Source of the DNA: Candidatus Yanofskybacteria bacterium RIFCSPHIGHO2_01_FULL_41_26
GTDB lineage: Bacteria > Patescibacteriota > Minisyncoccia > 2-02-FULL-40-12 > GWA2-44-9
Direction: 5' to 3'
DNA length: 64,000 nucleotides
NCBI GenBank assembly: GCA_001794055.1
Contig: MGJB01000006.1
Coordinates: 26,168-90,167, forward strand
Part shown: positions 8,838 through 18,982 of the stretch, one piece after another
Layout: each line of letters starts with the position of its first letter
Position numbering within the stretch: position 1 is the stretch's first letter
Translations under genes and position numbers: made by a program
The notes under the pieces: generated by a model
Database searches by the model: none
What the model was told of the DNA's origin: nothing
The model's input: the letters and a program-made list of their open reading frames with translations, nothing else

Positions 8838-10192
8838 ATATTCCTGATTTGGGTCAGATAATTATTAAACCTACGATTTCGAAAGTCCTTAAACTGACCG
8901 GCCTTAAAAAACGCGAGAATTTCTTTAATTCCACTCTGAAGAGAAATCGGGTTATCAAAACCAAGTATTTTTTTAATTTTAGAAAAAGACACTTTGTAAT
9001 CTCTCCTGTCTTTAACAAAATCCGCCTCTTCAATTTTTGAATTTTTAACAAGTTTATTTATTACTTTAGCAATCTGACATATTGTAAAGTTATGGCCGGT
9101 AAAGCCAACATTAAAAATCTGGCCTGAAACTTTTTTTAACGGCGCATCCACTGCCAGCACACAAGCCTCTGCCGCATCATTAACATGTAAAAGCGGCCGC
9201 CATTGCGACCCACCATTGACCATTATTTTATTTTTAAAATAAGCGCTGGCTGTCATCGTGTTGACTACAAGATCAAAACGCATCCGCGGAGACAGCCCAT
9301 AAAGGGTCCCAAATCGTAAAATTACCGGATGGAAATAACTGTTTGCATTTGATAGTAAAAATTTTTCGGAAGAAACTTTTGTTTTGGCATATAAAGATAA
9401 AGGCCTTACCTTGCTCTTTTCGGTCAAGAGTTCGGAACTAGCCCCATAAACACTACAAGAAGATGCAAAAACAAGCCTGGGTACCTGATAGTGACGGCAG
9501 ATCTCAATTAAAGACTTGGTTGAAAAGTGGTTAGTTTCCATTGTATAAACAGGATTAACCGAAGAAGCAGGATCGCCCACCACGCCTGCAAGATGTATAA
9601 CACAATCAACTGACTTAATGCCTTTAATCAATTCCCCTATATTTCTTATGTCGCCCTTTATTAATTTAAAATTTCTTTTTTTTTGTAAATCCATTATTCC
9701 ACGACTGCCAAATGATAAATTATCTAAAACAGTAACCCGATAACCCTTATTCAAGAGCTTGCGAGACAAAATTGACCCAACATAGCCGGCGCCTCCTGTA
9801 ATAAGAACCGACTTGGGAAGAACAGGGTCTTTAATTTTCTCATTAACATAAAGACCGATTAAAACACCCTCTTTATTTAAAATTGGCACTCTTTTTATGT
9901 GACCTTTGAGATAGCCCCTATTTTTAAAAGAAAGATTTATTAGTTCCTCTTTGTTTGTGTCAACACTGGCTGATATAAAATTAGCATTCATAATAGTTGC
10001 AACCGAAGAATCCGGGTCAAAGCCGTCCAAGATTGCTTGTTTTATGTCGCCAATAGTTAAAATCCCCCGCAAGTGATTCTTTTTGTCACAAACAAGACAA
10101 ATCTCAACTTTTTTTCGGTAAAGATCATGAATTGCCTCTTGGAGAGTCGTGGAAGGACTGTAAACATACTTTTTAAATTCTTTTTGTATCAT
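8834..10192 (-). CDS. CBS-pair + NAD-dependent epimerase/dehydratase fusion
   Basis: N-terminal CBS (GILTIGDI...VPIL..GVLIG); TGGAGYVG, SSCSVYG, YAKTK, SPRMRFDLVVN. Confidence 0.82.
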   Translation of the reverse strand: MIQKEFKKYVYSPSTTLQEAIHDLYRKKVEICLVCDKKNHLRGILTIGDIKQAILDGFDPDSSVATIMNANFISASVDTNKEELINLSFKNRGYLKGHIKRVPILNKEGVLIGLYVNEKIKDPVLPKSVLITGGAGYVGSILSRKLLNKGYRVTVLDNLSFGSRGIMDLQKKRNFKLIKGDIRNIGELIKGIKSVDCVIHLAGVVGDPASSVNPVYTMETNHFSTKSLIEICRHYQVPRLVFASSCSVYGASSELLTEKSKVRPLSLYAKTKVSSEKFLLSNANSYFHPVILRFGTLYGLSPRMRFDLVVNTMTASAYFKNKIMVNGGSQWRPLLHVNDAAEACVLAVDAPLKKVSGQIFNVGFTGHNFTICQIAKVINKLVKNSKIEEADFVKDRRDYKVSFSKIKKILGFDNPISLQSGIKEILAFFKAGQFKDFRNRRFNNYLTQIRNI

Positions 10193-11288
10193 AGAATGTC
10201 TTGATAGTTTCAACGATTAAGTCGATCTCTTTTTTAGATATGTGGGAAAAAAGTGGTAACGATAGGACATTATTAGCGACATTATTAGTATTTACAAGCT
10301 GCTTTTTATTTACATAAAATTTATTGTAAGTTTTCTGTAAATGCAATGGCGGATAAAAATATTTTTTTGCGATAATGCCATTTGTTATAAGATGGTCATG
10401 AAGTTGATCACGGTTATAGCCGGTTTTCGACGGATTTATGTAAAGAGAGAAATCTTTAAATGTGCTCTTGCTGTTTTTATGAATGGCCTGAAATTCAATA
10501 TTTTTATCTATCCGTGAAAGTTTATTTTTAAAGTAATTTACAGCAGCCAGACGATCCTTGAGATTCTTATCAATATTTTTTAACGACTCCAGACCTATAA
10601 TGGCATGGAATTCCGACATTCTCGCATTTAAGCCATTGAATTTCGTATTATATGATCCGTCATCGCCATAATTGCGGCCAATCCGGCAAAATTCAGCCAG
10701 AGCTTTATTGTTGGTGGCGATAAGCCCTCCTTCAGCTGCAGTCAAGACTTTTGTCGGACTCAAACTGAAGACTTCGGCGTCCCCAAATACACCCACTTTT
10801 TTACCTTTGAGTTCCGAACCAAAAGCATGGGCAGCATCAAAAATAAGTCTTAAATTGTGTTTATTGCAAATTTTTCTTAGGGCGGCAACATTGCAAGAAT
10901 TGCCAAAAATTTGAGTAGCCAATATGGCACCGGTCTTCGGGGTTATCATCTTTTTAATCGAAATCGGATCTATCTCATAGGTATCTTTTTTTATATCGGC
11001 AAAAACTGGCTTTAAATTATTCCACAACACAGCATGACCAGAAGCAGAAAATGTAAAGCTTGGCAAAACAACTTCGCCCCTGACAGCTAATCCTTTCAGA
11101 ACCAGCATCAAGCCGGAAGTGCAGGAAGAAACTGCTATGCAATACTTGACCCCCAGATACTTGGAAGCATTATCTTCAAATAATTTAACGTATTTACCGT
11201 TTGTAAGAATCCCGCTTTCAATAACCTCCTTGAATCTGGGGGCATATTTTTTGTATTTTGATAATGTTGGTTTTGTTATTGGTATCAT
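10173..11288 (-). CDS. DegT/DnrJ/EryC1/StrS sugar aminotransferase
   Basis: SSCTSGL, FDAAHAFG, FSLSPTK (PLP lysine), EGG, LSLPL. Confidence 0.9.
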   Translation of the reverse strand: MIPITKPTLSKYKKYAPRFKEVIESGILTNGKYVKLFEDNASKYLGVKYCIAVSSCTSGLMLVLKGLAVRGEVVLPSFTFSASGHAVLWNNLKPVFADIKKDTYEIDPISIKKMITPKTGAILATQIFGNSCNVAALRKICNKHNLRLIFDAAHAFGSELKGKKVGVFGDAEVFSLSPTKVLTAAEGGLIATNNKALAEFCRIGRNYGDDGSYNTKFNGLNARMSEFHAIIGLESLKNIDKNLKDRLAAVNYFKNKLSRIDKNIEFQAIHKNSKSTFKDFSLYINPSKTGYNRDQLHDHLITNGIIAKKYFYPPLHLQKTYNKFYVNKKQLVNTNNVANNVLSLPLFSHISKKEIDLIVETIKTFYDTKRI

Positions 11289-11313
11289 GTTTATTAAAAA
11301 TAGCATTAGGCGA

Positions 11314-11721
11314 CTAATGCTGTTTAATTTTCCTTAGAACTTTAACGGGGCAACCAACGGCTATTACGTTATCCGAAATATTGGAGTTAACAAAACTATG
11401 AGCGCCAACAACAGAGTTGGTACCTATCGTAACTCCCGGCATGATCGTGCTGTGCGAGCCAATTCTGCAGTTTCGCTTTAGTATAACCCGGCCCTTTTTG
11501 TGGTCAATGGTGGATAAGGAATAAATCGAACAATGAGATCCTATCTCAACATTATTTCCAATCGTAACACCGTGTTTCGCATTTATGTAAGTAAAAGCAC
11601 CTATGTCTGTTTCCTGACCAAGCTTAAGGTTTTCCGGATGCTGAACCATCCAATTCCACTTGGTTAATTCGCCATGTTTTATCTTCGGCTTTTTCCAGTT
11701 TTTAAATCTCTTTTGAGCCAT
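11314..11721 (-). CDS. Hexapeptide-repeat acyltransferase
   Basis: Left-handed beta-helix repeats IGNNVEIG, IGSHSTIMPGVTIGTNSVVGA, GCPVK. Confidence 0.85.
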   Translation of the reverse strand: MAQKRFKNWKKPKIKHGELTKWNWMVQHPENLKLGQETDIGAFTYINAKHGVTIGNNVEIGSHCSIYSLSTIDHKKGRVILKRNCRIGSHSTIMPGVTIGTNSVVGAHSFVNSNISDNVIAVGCPVKVLRKIKQH

Positions 11722-12873
11722 TTAGTAGGTTATCTTCTTTGTTAATAATCTATCGTCAATATTAATATTTTCTAGAATTTTAGCAACCCTTGGTCCAGTT
11801 TTTCCATCACCCCAAGGATTTTTTATTTTAGCTAATTTTGCCAGATATTTTTTATCGTTAAGCGACTTATTTATGGCTCGAAATATTTCATTTTTATCAT
11901 GTCCAACATTTATTACATTTTCCCCACACTGTCTTCCCGCTTGACGAGTGCCAATATTTACAACAGGCGTTTTAAAGGACGGGGATTCAATCATTGCGCC
12001 GCTTGAATTTCCTATCCAAACGACAGCCTCCCTCTCAATAGCCAAAAAATATTTATGATCAAAACTGGGATATATATGAAACAGTGGGTTTGATCTTTCT
12101 TTATTTATAGCCCAAATTATTTGGCTTCCACCCTCATCAGGGTGAGGATAAATAACAACTACTGGCAGATTGAATTTTTTTACAGCCTCGATTGTTGTGC
12201 TCATCTGCTCGCCGGCCCGATCAACTTCTTCGCTTACCGGGTGCTGGATCAATAAGATAAATTTTCCATTCGAATCAATGGCCAATTTTTTAAAAACTTC
12301 TTTTCTGGAAGGAAGTTTTTCGTTAAGCATAACGTCGATAGCCGGAGCACCGACAACGTGAATTCGCCAATTCTCTTCACCCATCTTTTTTATCCTTTCT
12401 GCTGCCTCTTTGGTAGCCGGAAAATGAATATGGGATAATTTAGTAATCGCATGCCTTGCCATATCATCAACAGTCCCACTTTTATCACCGCCATGGGTAT
12501 GAGCCATCGGAATTCTTAAATAAGTACAAGCCAATGCTGTTGCTAAGGTTTCAGGCCTATCGCCTTGAATCAAAACCAAATCAGGCCTATCCTTTCGAAA
12601 CTTGACTGTCAATTCTTTTATAAAATCAGCCACAAACTGAACGGTATCAGAATTGCTACCCATCCCAAAAATCGCTTGTATCGGCTCGGTTTTTGGAAAT
12701 TCGGAAGTAACGTATTTAGCTGTTTTTCCTAATTCCGGCATAAGATGCACACCGGTTGTGTATATCTTCAATTTTAAAAACTCGCTTTTTTTGATGGCTT
12801 TTAAAACAGGCGTTATCAATCCGAAATCAGCCCTAGTTCCAGAAATGTATGCAATTTTTTTAATTTTCCTCAT
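11722..12873 (-). CDS. neuC: Hydrolysing NDP-N-acetylhexosamine 2-epimerase (NeuC/LegG)
   Basis: GTRADFG, GDRPE, HGGD, RHAITKLSHIHF, GNSSG, GTRQ, NPWGDG. Confidence 0.9.
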   Translation of the reverse strand: MRKIKKIAYISGTRADFGLITPVLKAIKKSEFLKLKIYTTGVHLMPELGKTAKYVTSEFPKTEPIQAIFGMGSNSDTVQFVADFIKELTVKFRKDRPDLVLIQGDRPETLATALACTYLRIPMAHTHGGDKSGTVDDMARHAITKLSHIHFPATKEAAERIKKMGEENWRIHVVGAPAIDVMLNEKLPSRKEVFKKLAIDSNGKFILLIQHPVSEEVDRAGEQMSTTIEAVKKFNLPVVVIYPHPDEGGSQIIWAINKERSNPLFHIYPSFDHKYFLAIEREAVVWIGNSSGAMIESPSFKTPVVNIGTRQAGRQCGENVINVGHDKNEIFRAINKSLNDKKYLAKLAKIKNPWGDGKTGPRVAKILENINIDDRLLTKKITY

Positions 12874-13919
12874 TAAATTAAATTTCTATTCAACAATGTC
12901 CCTCTTTTTATATATTTTTTAGCCCTCTTCCCAAGTACTTTATCAAAATATTTAGGAGCTAATCCATTGGCTGGTCTTTTGATATCCAGATTGTTCCGGG
13001 TAAATCTTTCGCCTTTTTTGATATCTCGAACAGCAACAATGCTTCTTCTTATCACCAATAACTTTTTCTCCGATTCTGTCGGTTTCTTAATAGCAGAACC
13101 AAGAATGATATTTACAGCTCGTACTTCATCAACCATCTTCTTAAAATCTATTCGATTAGACGAAGTCCTATGATCCGGTCCGGGAAGATTATTATCCAAA
13201 GTTAAGTGTTTCTCAATAACACAGGCCCCTAAAGAAGTGGCCATTACAGCAACCTGCGAACCGTTAGTATGATCTGAATACCCGACCAAAACATTTAGCT
13301 CCTTCATCATGGTTTGCATCGCCCTTAAATTAATTTCTTCAGAAGGACAGGGGTAGTTTGTTGTACAATGCAAAACGATTATTTTATCACCACCGGCTTT
13401 TTTTATTGTTTTAACAGCTTCTTTAACCTCTGCCATTGTTGCCATACCCGTTCCCAAAATCATCGGTTTTCCCAATTTGGCCGCATAGGTAAGAAGGGGC
13501 AAACTCGTCAGGTCTCCTGAACCGAACTTGAACGCCGGAACACTAAAATCTTTAAGCAGATCAACAGAAGCAAAACTTCCATGAGGAGTCGAAAGAAAAA
13601 TTATCCCCATTTTTTTGCAGTGAGCAATAACTTGCGGATACCAACTCTCATCAAATTCCAACTTCCTTAACATTTCTATCTGACTTTCAACTTTACCAAG
13701 ATTTTTCTTTTGATATTCAACCATCTCTCCGGATTCGGTTACCACCTGCTCTGCCCGAAAAGTCTGAAATTTAACCGCATCAGCCCCGGCACTTGCCGCC
13801 GCATCAACGAGTTTCAAGGCCAAATCCAGTTTCCCGTTGTGATTAACTCCGGCTTCGGCAATAATAAAAACAGGTTCATTGTATCCAATTCTGCGGTTTT
13901 GTATTAAAATATTTTTCAT
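12873..13919 (-). CDS. neuB: Nonulosonic acid synthase (NeuB/LegI) with C-terminal SAF domain
   Basis: IIAEAGVNHNG, AVKFQ, LHCTTNYP, GYSDHT, IEKH, RRSIVA..IKKGE. Confidence 0.93.
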   Translation of the reverse strand: MKNILIQNRRIGYNEPVFIIAEAGVNHNGKLDLALKLVDAAASAGADAVKFQTFRAEQVVTESGEMVEYQKKNLGKVESQIEMLRKLEFDESWYPQVIAHCKKMGIIFLSTPHGSFASVDLLKDFSVPAFKFGSGDLTSLPLLTYAAKLGKPMILGTGMATMAEVKEAVKTIKKAGGDKIIVLHCTTNYPCPSEEINLRAMQTMMKELNVLVGYSDHTNGSQVAVMATSLGACVIEKHLTLDNNLPGPDHRTSSNRIDFKKMVDEVRAVNIILGSAIKKPTESEKKLLVIRRSIVAVRDIKKGERFTRNNLDIKRPANGLAPKYFDKVLGKRAKKYIKRGTLLNRNLI

Positions 13920-14611
13920 TGCGAACGTAAAATGGCTTCAGCCAATTTAAAATCAATGAGTTCATCTATGTCCACAGATCTTTCGCGTGGCATTAGAAAA
14001 ATTTCCGAATTATCGTCAATTATCTTGTCATTTTTCATAAGTATTTCTCTTTTTACAACATAAACAGCGCCGTTTATTTTATAAAGTTTCGGTAATTCTT
14101 GACTTCTTTTTTTTGTTCCAGAACCTCTCAAAAAAAGAACTGCTTTTCCATCTTTGAGTTTATACATCCATTCGGGCCTTTCACTTATTTCGCAAACCCC
14201 GATACACGAACCTGCTTTTGTTTTAAACATCTTTTCTATGGCACCATCGATGTCATCAACCGAAACAAGAGGACTGGTGGGCTGAATAAGGACTATCAAA
14301 TCCGCATCAAAACCATTTGAGGAGAAATATGCAACAGCGTGCTGAAGAACATGTTCCGGCCGAGCGGTATCAGTGGCAAGTTCGGCCGGACGGATAAATG
14401 GAACTTCGGCACCATACTTTTCACTAATCTTAGCAATTATTGGATCATCGGTAGACACAATAATCCTGTCAATATAATCTGACAATAACGCGGCTTTTAT
14501 AGCATAACTAATCATCGGCTTGCCATTGAGCTTCTTTATGTTTTTTCTTGGTAATCTTTTAGACCCACCTCTTGCTGGTACAATGGCTAATATTTTTTTA
14601 TTTTTATACAT
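13916..14611 (-). CDS. neuA: CMP-nonulosonate synthetase (acylneuraminate cytidylyltransferase)
   Basis: PARGGSKRLPRKN, VSTDD, QPTSP, NGAVY, DIDE. Confidence 0.92.
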   Translation of the reverse strand: MYKNKKILAIVPARGGSKRLPRKNIKKLNGKPMISYAIKAALLSDYIDRIIVSTDDPIIAKISEKYGAEVPFIRPAELATDTARPEHVLQHAVAYFSSNGFDADLIVLIQPTSPLVSVDDIDGAIEKMFKTKAGSCIGVCEISERPEWMYKLKDGKAVLFLRGSGTKKRSQELPKLYKINGAVYVVKREILMKNDKIIDDNSEIFLMPRERSVDIDELIDFKLAEAILRSQ

Positions 14612-14617
14612 AAAATT

Positions 14618-15871
14618 TTATTTTACCTGATGTCTTAGCTTCAATTTTCCTTTTTCTTTTTTCCACAAATGAGGCGAACGAAATTTGTCAGCTAACTCCA
14701 TAAAATATTTCTTATTCATCAAAGATCGTTTAAACATCTTGGAGGCTTTGGGAAATTCTTTTTTTGTAATGCTTAAATACTCCCACAACTCATCAGCAAA
14801 TCTTTCTGGAAATTCTCCGTCAAATCTTTTTATCAGAGAGACTCCTTCTTCACGGGTTATTTCACCCGAACGAACTTCTTGGGAAGCATCATATGTCGCC
14901 CGGCCGATACCGAATTTGATAAAGGTGGTGTAATAATGAAGATCGTCGACCTTATCGTCAATACTATTATATTTGCTGTAGGTACCGGGTGTTCTTTCCG
15001 GCGAGGCCTGAAAATTGCCATTCTCAACTGCATAATAATATGTTTCTTGAGGGTGCCACTTGATATAATAACCTAGATAGTGAACCTCAACCTTGTTTTT
15101 TAATATATCCTTCGGATTGGCCGGAAGATAAGCATTAAGATCATTTTTACTCACTCCATATTTTTTTATCAGGTCAGAAAAAGAAGTTCCGCCAAGGTAG
15201 ATCTTCGACTTATCTTTGGCAGTAAAATAAGACCAATCACGTTTTGCTTTTTCATTATCAGCAATTGGATTGCCATATTCAGCCTCGTTTTCTCCATACA
15301 ATACCAGGGGTATTTTATATAAAACGGCTAATTTTGGCGCCAAAGCTTTCTGGCCAATAATAAACGGCTGGAAGGGATGGAAGAGATTTTCTGTAGCCAA
15401 ACGTGTAAGCAAACGATGCACTCTTCCGTTTGGAGTAAATAAAATATTATCCAAACCTGAACATATCCACGCCTGAAAATTTTTCCAGCCCCAAGAAGTA
15501 TAAACATGAGGTGCCCAAGTTACCGTAAGAGGATGCATCCCGTATTTATATTTCAGTAAATGTGAAGCATAAAAACTATCTTTCCCCCCCGAACCAGGAA
15601 TAATACAGTCGTAAGAACCGTCATTTTTTCTAAAACGATTCAACAGCCTTAGTAGTTCTTTCTCCCGTTTTGTCCAATCAATTGTTTTCTTTTTATCCAT
15701 CACGCGACAAGCATCACAAATCCCGTTTTTATCAAAATTTATAGTTTCTTTTTTGCTTTCTTTGGTATGAGAATATTCTACTACCGAATTCGGGCGTTGA
15801 TTTGAAATAACACATCTTTTGCAAAATCTAACTTCGGATGGCAAGCCAAATAAGGTTTTTGTTTTTTTCAT
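14618..15871 (-). CDS. N-acetyl sugar amidotransferase (WbuX/PseA/WbpG family)
   Basis: CKRC...CDAC, PP-loop SGGKDS, YGEN, KFGIGRA. Confidence 0.9.
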   Translation of the reverse strand: MKKTKTLFGLPSEVRFCKRCVISNQRPNSVVEYSHTKESKKETINFDKNGICDACRVMDKKKTIDWTKREKELLRLLNRFRKNDGSYDCIIPGSGGKDSFYASHLLKYKYGMHPLTVTWAPHVYTSWGWKNFQAWICSGLDNILFTPNGRVHRLLTRLATENLFHPFQPFIIGQKALAPKLAVLYKIPLVLYGENEAEYGNPIADNEKAKRDWSYFTAKDKSKIYLGGTSFSDLIKKYGVSKNDLNAYLPANPKDILKNKVEVHYLGYYIKWHPQETYYYAVENGNFQASPERTPGTYSKYNSIDDKVDDLHYYTTFIKFGIGRATYDASQEVRSGEITREEGVSLIKRFDGEFPERFADELWEYLSITKKEFPKASKMFKRSLMNKKYFMELADKFRSPHLWKKEKGKLKLRHQVK

Positions 15872-16524
15872 AAGGCTTTAACTAAATTAACAAAGTTTTT
15901 TATTATTCGGAGTCCGACTTGGCCGCTTTTTTCAGGATGGAATTGAAAACCATATACATTTCCCTTCTGAACAGTAGAGCAAAATTGATATCCTCCATAG
16001 ATAGTAGTTGTTAAAATCGCTTTTTTATCAATTGGCTCAAGTATATATGAGTGGACAAAATATACATAAGGATCTTTCCCGATAGAGTTGAGAATATCTC
16101 CTTCAGGTTTTGTGCTATTTGAGAGTGTTATTTTGTTCCATCCGATATGAGGTATTTTGATTCCCATTTTAAGCCCTGGGAACTTTACCACTTTCCCAGA
16201 AATTATATCAAGGCCCCTAAATTCGCCAAACTCATATCCCTTTGACAACAGAAGCTGCGCCCCAAGACAAATTCCCAAAATTGGCTTTCCTTTTTCGGCA
16301 AATTTTTTAATTTCCCCTTCTAGCCCACGTGCCTTTATGCCTTCCATTCCCGCTTCAAAAGAACCTACGCCCGGTAAAACTAAAGCATCTAATCGATTTA
16401 TTTCTTCAGTGTTTTCAACGATTACCACATCGTCAATGAATTCTCTTAATGCTTTGCGCAGGCTATAAAGATTGCCTACCCCATAATCAACAATGCCGAT
16501 TTTTTTATTATTAGACCCTGACAT
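15868..16524 (-). CDS. hisH: HisH-like glutamine amidotransferase (WbuY-type paralog)
   Basis: DYGVGNL, PGVG, GICLG, PHIGWN, YFVHSY, QFHPEKS. Confidence 0.88.
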   Translation of the reverse strand: MSGSNNKKIGIVDYGVGNLYSLRKALREFIDDVVIVENTEEINRLDALVLPGVGSFEAGMEGIKARGLEGEIKKFAEKGKPILGICLGAQLLLSKGYEFGEFRGLDIISGKVVKFPGLKMGIKIPHIGWNKITLSNSTKPEGDILNSIGKDPYVYFVHSYILEPIDKKAILTTTIYGGYQFCSTVQKGNVYGFQFHPEKSGQVGLRIIKNFVNLVKAL

Positions 16525-17269
16525 TGATTTTTTTCTTAAATAAATATTCTTTTAAATTTTTTATTTTAAAATCTCCGTAGTGGAATGAGGTGGCAATGGC
16601 AACAGCATCGATTTTGGTTTTTTTTATTACTTTAACAACAGATTCCTTTGTCCCCGCCCCACCATGAACTACAAGGGGTACTTTACAAAATTTAGAAACC
16701 TCACTAATCAATTCCGTATCATATCCTTTTCGCGAACCGTCTCTGTCAATCGAAGTTATAACCACCTCGCCTACACCTAAAACAAGAGCTTTCCTTATCC
16801 ACTCAACCGCATTAATGCCTGTATGTTCCCGGCCGCCATCAGTATATGCTTCCCAAGTCCCATCATTTCTGTGTTTTGCTTCTACCGAAAGAACAATGCA
16901 CTGGGAACCGAATTTTTTTACCGCTTCGTTCAGAAACTTGGGTTTTTTTATTCCATAAGTATTTATGGCGACCTTGTCGGCTCCAGCTCGAAGAGCATTA
17001 TTTATATCATTAACAGAACGTATGCCTCCGCCAACTGTTATGGGAATGAAAATTTCTTCTGATACTGACCGCAGAAGATCAAAATCAAAATTTCTCTGGT
17101 ATAAACTGGCAACAATATCCATGCATAAAAGTTCATCGGCGCCATCTTTATAATATTTAAATGCAAGCTCTTTAGGATTTCCGACAACCCTAAGCCCTTC
17201 AGTAAAAATACCTTTCACAACATTAGTGCCCTTAATATCAAGACGGGGAATTATTCTTATATTTTCCAT
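16511..17269 (-). CDS. hisF: HisF-like cyclase subunit (WbuZ-type paralog)
   Basis: RIIPRLD, VVKG, GADEL, VGGGI, GADKV, TSIDRDG. Confidence 0.88.
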   Translation of the reverse strand: MENIRIIPRLDIKGTNVVKGIFTEGLRVVGNPKELAFKYYKDGADELLCMDIVASLYQRNFDFDLLRSVSEEIFIPITVGGGIRSVNDINNALRAGADKVAINTYGIKKPKFLNEAVKKFGSQCIVLSVEAKHRNDGTWEAYTDGGREHTGINAVEWIRKALVLGVGEVVITSIDRDGSRKGYDTELISEVSKFCKVPLVVHGGAGTKESVVKVIKKTKIDAVAIATSFHYGDFKIKNLKEYLFKKKINVRV

Positions 17270-17361
17270 TGTCTCAGTTTTTGAAATTCATTTTCTTTTT
17301 CATAATTTATAACATTAATCAACACTTCAGTCCAGAATTAAAATATTATACCTGCCGGTAT

Positions 17362-17391
17362 AAAAATAAATCCCCACATTGACGTGAGGAT
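17362..17391 (-). terminator. Intrinsic terminator after radical SAM 1
   Basis: ATCCTCAC-GTCAAT-GTGGGGAT, then TTATTTTT (minus strand). Confidence 0.65.
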
Positions 17392-17418
17392 GATCTTAAA
17401 TTAAACTTTTCTCAAGGT

Positions 17419-18981
17419 TCAGGATTTTATCAATGACAGATTGGATCGGCGAGAAGCGCCTTCCCATCGCACATCTGAAAATTTCGGCTCGCCATGAAGC
17501 TCTCGCCATGTTTTTTCATATTCTTTTATTCGCTTAATATCTCGATTTACCATTAATTCTCTGAGGCCGAGCAGCTCAACAGCGGTGAAGTTTTCGCAAA
17601 TGACAGCCGTCATCTTTGTGGCATCTCCTAGATCTGTTAAAAACGCATCCAGGTCGCCGTCATATTGAGCCAGAATTTTATCTTTATATTTGTTGAACCA
17701 TTCTGTGCCCGGATATGGAGTAGCAAAAAAGGGCATAACCTCAATACCGAGCCGTTCCCAAGCCTGAACACAATCAATCAAGCTGTCAAAAAAGTCATCC
17801 GGAAAGCCCATCATTTGATTAGGAATTGGCCGTATCCCTGCTTCCAGGGTTATTTTCAGAGATCTCTCGTTAGTTTCTGGAGTAGAACCTTTGCCTACAT
17901 TTTTAAGAACTCGTTTGGAAAAAGATTCGTAGCCATAAACTAATTGGCAACAGCCGGCATTATGCATCTGTTTAAGAATTTGTGGATTAGCCAGCGCTGC
18001 ATGACTGGTTCCACCCCAGTGTATTCCATGACATTTTTTCGGGTCATGAGACACGCCATCGCGTACACATTGAGGCTGTAAACCCTCTTTGATCCACAGA
18101 TCGCATAAAGCTGGCAGCCAGGTATTCTTTGAAGCAGAATTCATTGCCAGAAGGTTTTCATCATAGAAAATAATGAAATCAACTCCAAATCTGTCTCTCA
18201 TGTGTTTGACCATATCTACCAGATAACGAGGACTGTGCATTCTATTAATACGGTCGTGAGTAAAAACAACATCAGCTTTATCATTTCTTTGATCTTCATA
18301 CTGAAGGTCTCCTGCCAATCCAAGATGAAAACAGAAACGGCATATAAACGGACAACCGAAACTTCCATTTACATCCATGCGTCTTTTGGCGGTGAAACTT
18401 TCTTCGCTATAAAGGAGCGCACTGTTTTTGAAATATATTTCCATAGGCAGCATATCCCATGTCGGATATGGTAATTGATCAATGTCTTGAACAAGAGGCC
18501 GCGGCGGATTTAAATGTAATTGTCCCCTCTCATCCTTCCAGATAATTCCAAGCGTAGATGACCAATCGGTTTTTTTATCGTCTATTTTTTGCATTATTTC
18601 CGGCAGAGTTAAGAATGCTTCTCCAACAACTCCAATATCGATCTCCGGCAAGAGTTCCATCAAGTCTCGAGGCATACTGGTTAAAAGTCCGCCTCCGACC
18701 ATGCGAAGCGATCGAGGAGAATATTGTTTGGCATACCGGAGGGCTTTTTTTACCCAGCTGTATGTAGTTGTTATGCCACCAAGCCCGATAATATCCCAAT
18801 CATCGGCCTTCAAAATCGCACAAATGGTTTTATCATCAGGCCTCCAAGCGTTGGCATCAAATAATTGGACATGATGCCCCTCTTTATCAGCAATCGCCGC
18901 CAACTGGGCAATTCCGTAAGGAATATGTTTTGGGTTGTCTTCTTGGCGTACAACGGGGTTAATGAGCAGAATTTTGGCCAT
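17419..18981 (-). CDS. Cobalamin-binding radical SAM protein 1
   Basis: N-terminal ILLINP...PYGIAQLAA B12-type domain; CPFICRFC; DEN, GYES, PYPGT. Confidence 0.88.
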   Translation of the reverse strand: MAKILLINPVVRQEDNPKHIPYGIAQLAAIADKEGHHVQLFDANAWRPDDKTICAILKADDWDIIGLGGITTTYSWVKKALRYAKQYSPRSLRMVGGGLLTSMPRDLMELLPEIDIGVVGEAFLTLPEIMQKIDDKKTDWSSTLGIIWKDERGQLHLNPPRPLVQDIDQLPYPTWDMLPMEIYFKNSALLYSEESFTAKRRMDVNGSFGCPFICRFCFHLGLAGDLQYEDQRNDKADVVFTHDRINRMHSPRYLVDMVKHMRDRFGVDFIIFYDENLLAMNSASKNTWLPALCDLWIKEGLQPQCVRDGVSHDPKKCHGIHWGGTSHAALANPQILKQMHNAGCCQLVYGYESFSKRVLKNVGKGSTPETNERSLKITLEAGIRPIPNQMMGFPDDFFDSLIDCVQAWERLGIEVMPFFATPYPGTEWFNKYKDKILAQYDGDLDAFLTDLGDATKMTAVICENFTAVELLGLRELMVNRDIKRIKEYEKTWRELHGEPKFSDVRWEGASRRSNLSLIKS

Positions 18982-18982
18982 A

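Noticed and set aside
15868-17269. hisH/hisF as evidence for histidine biosynthesis
   Set aside because: Coupled to a WbuX amidotransferase, which is the known glycan-modifying paralog arrangement.
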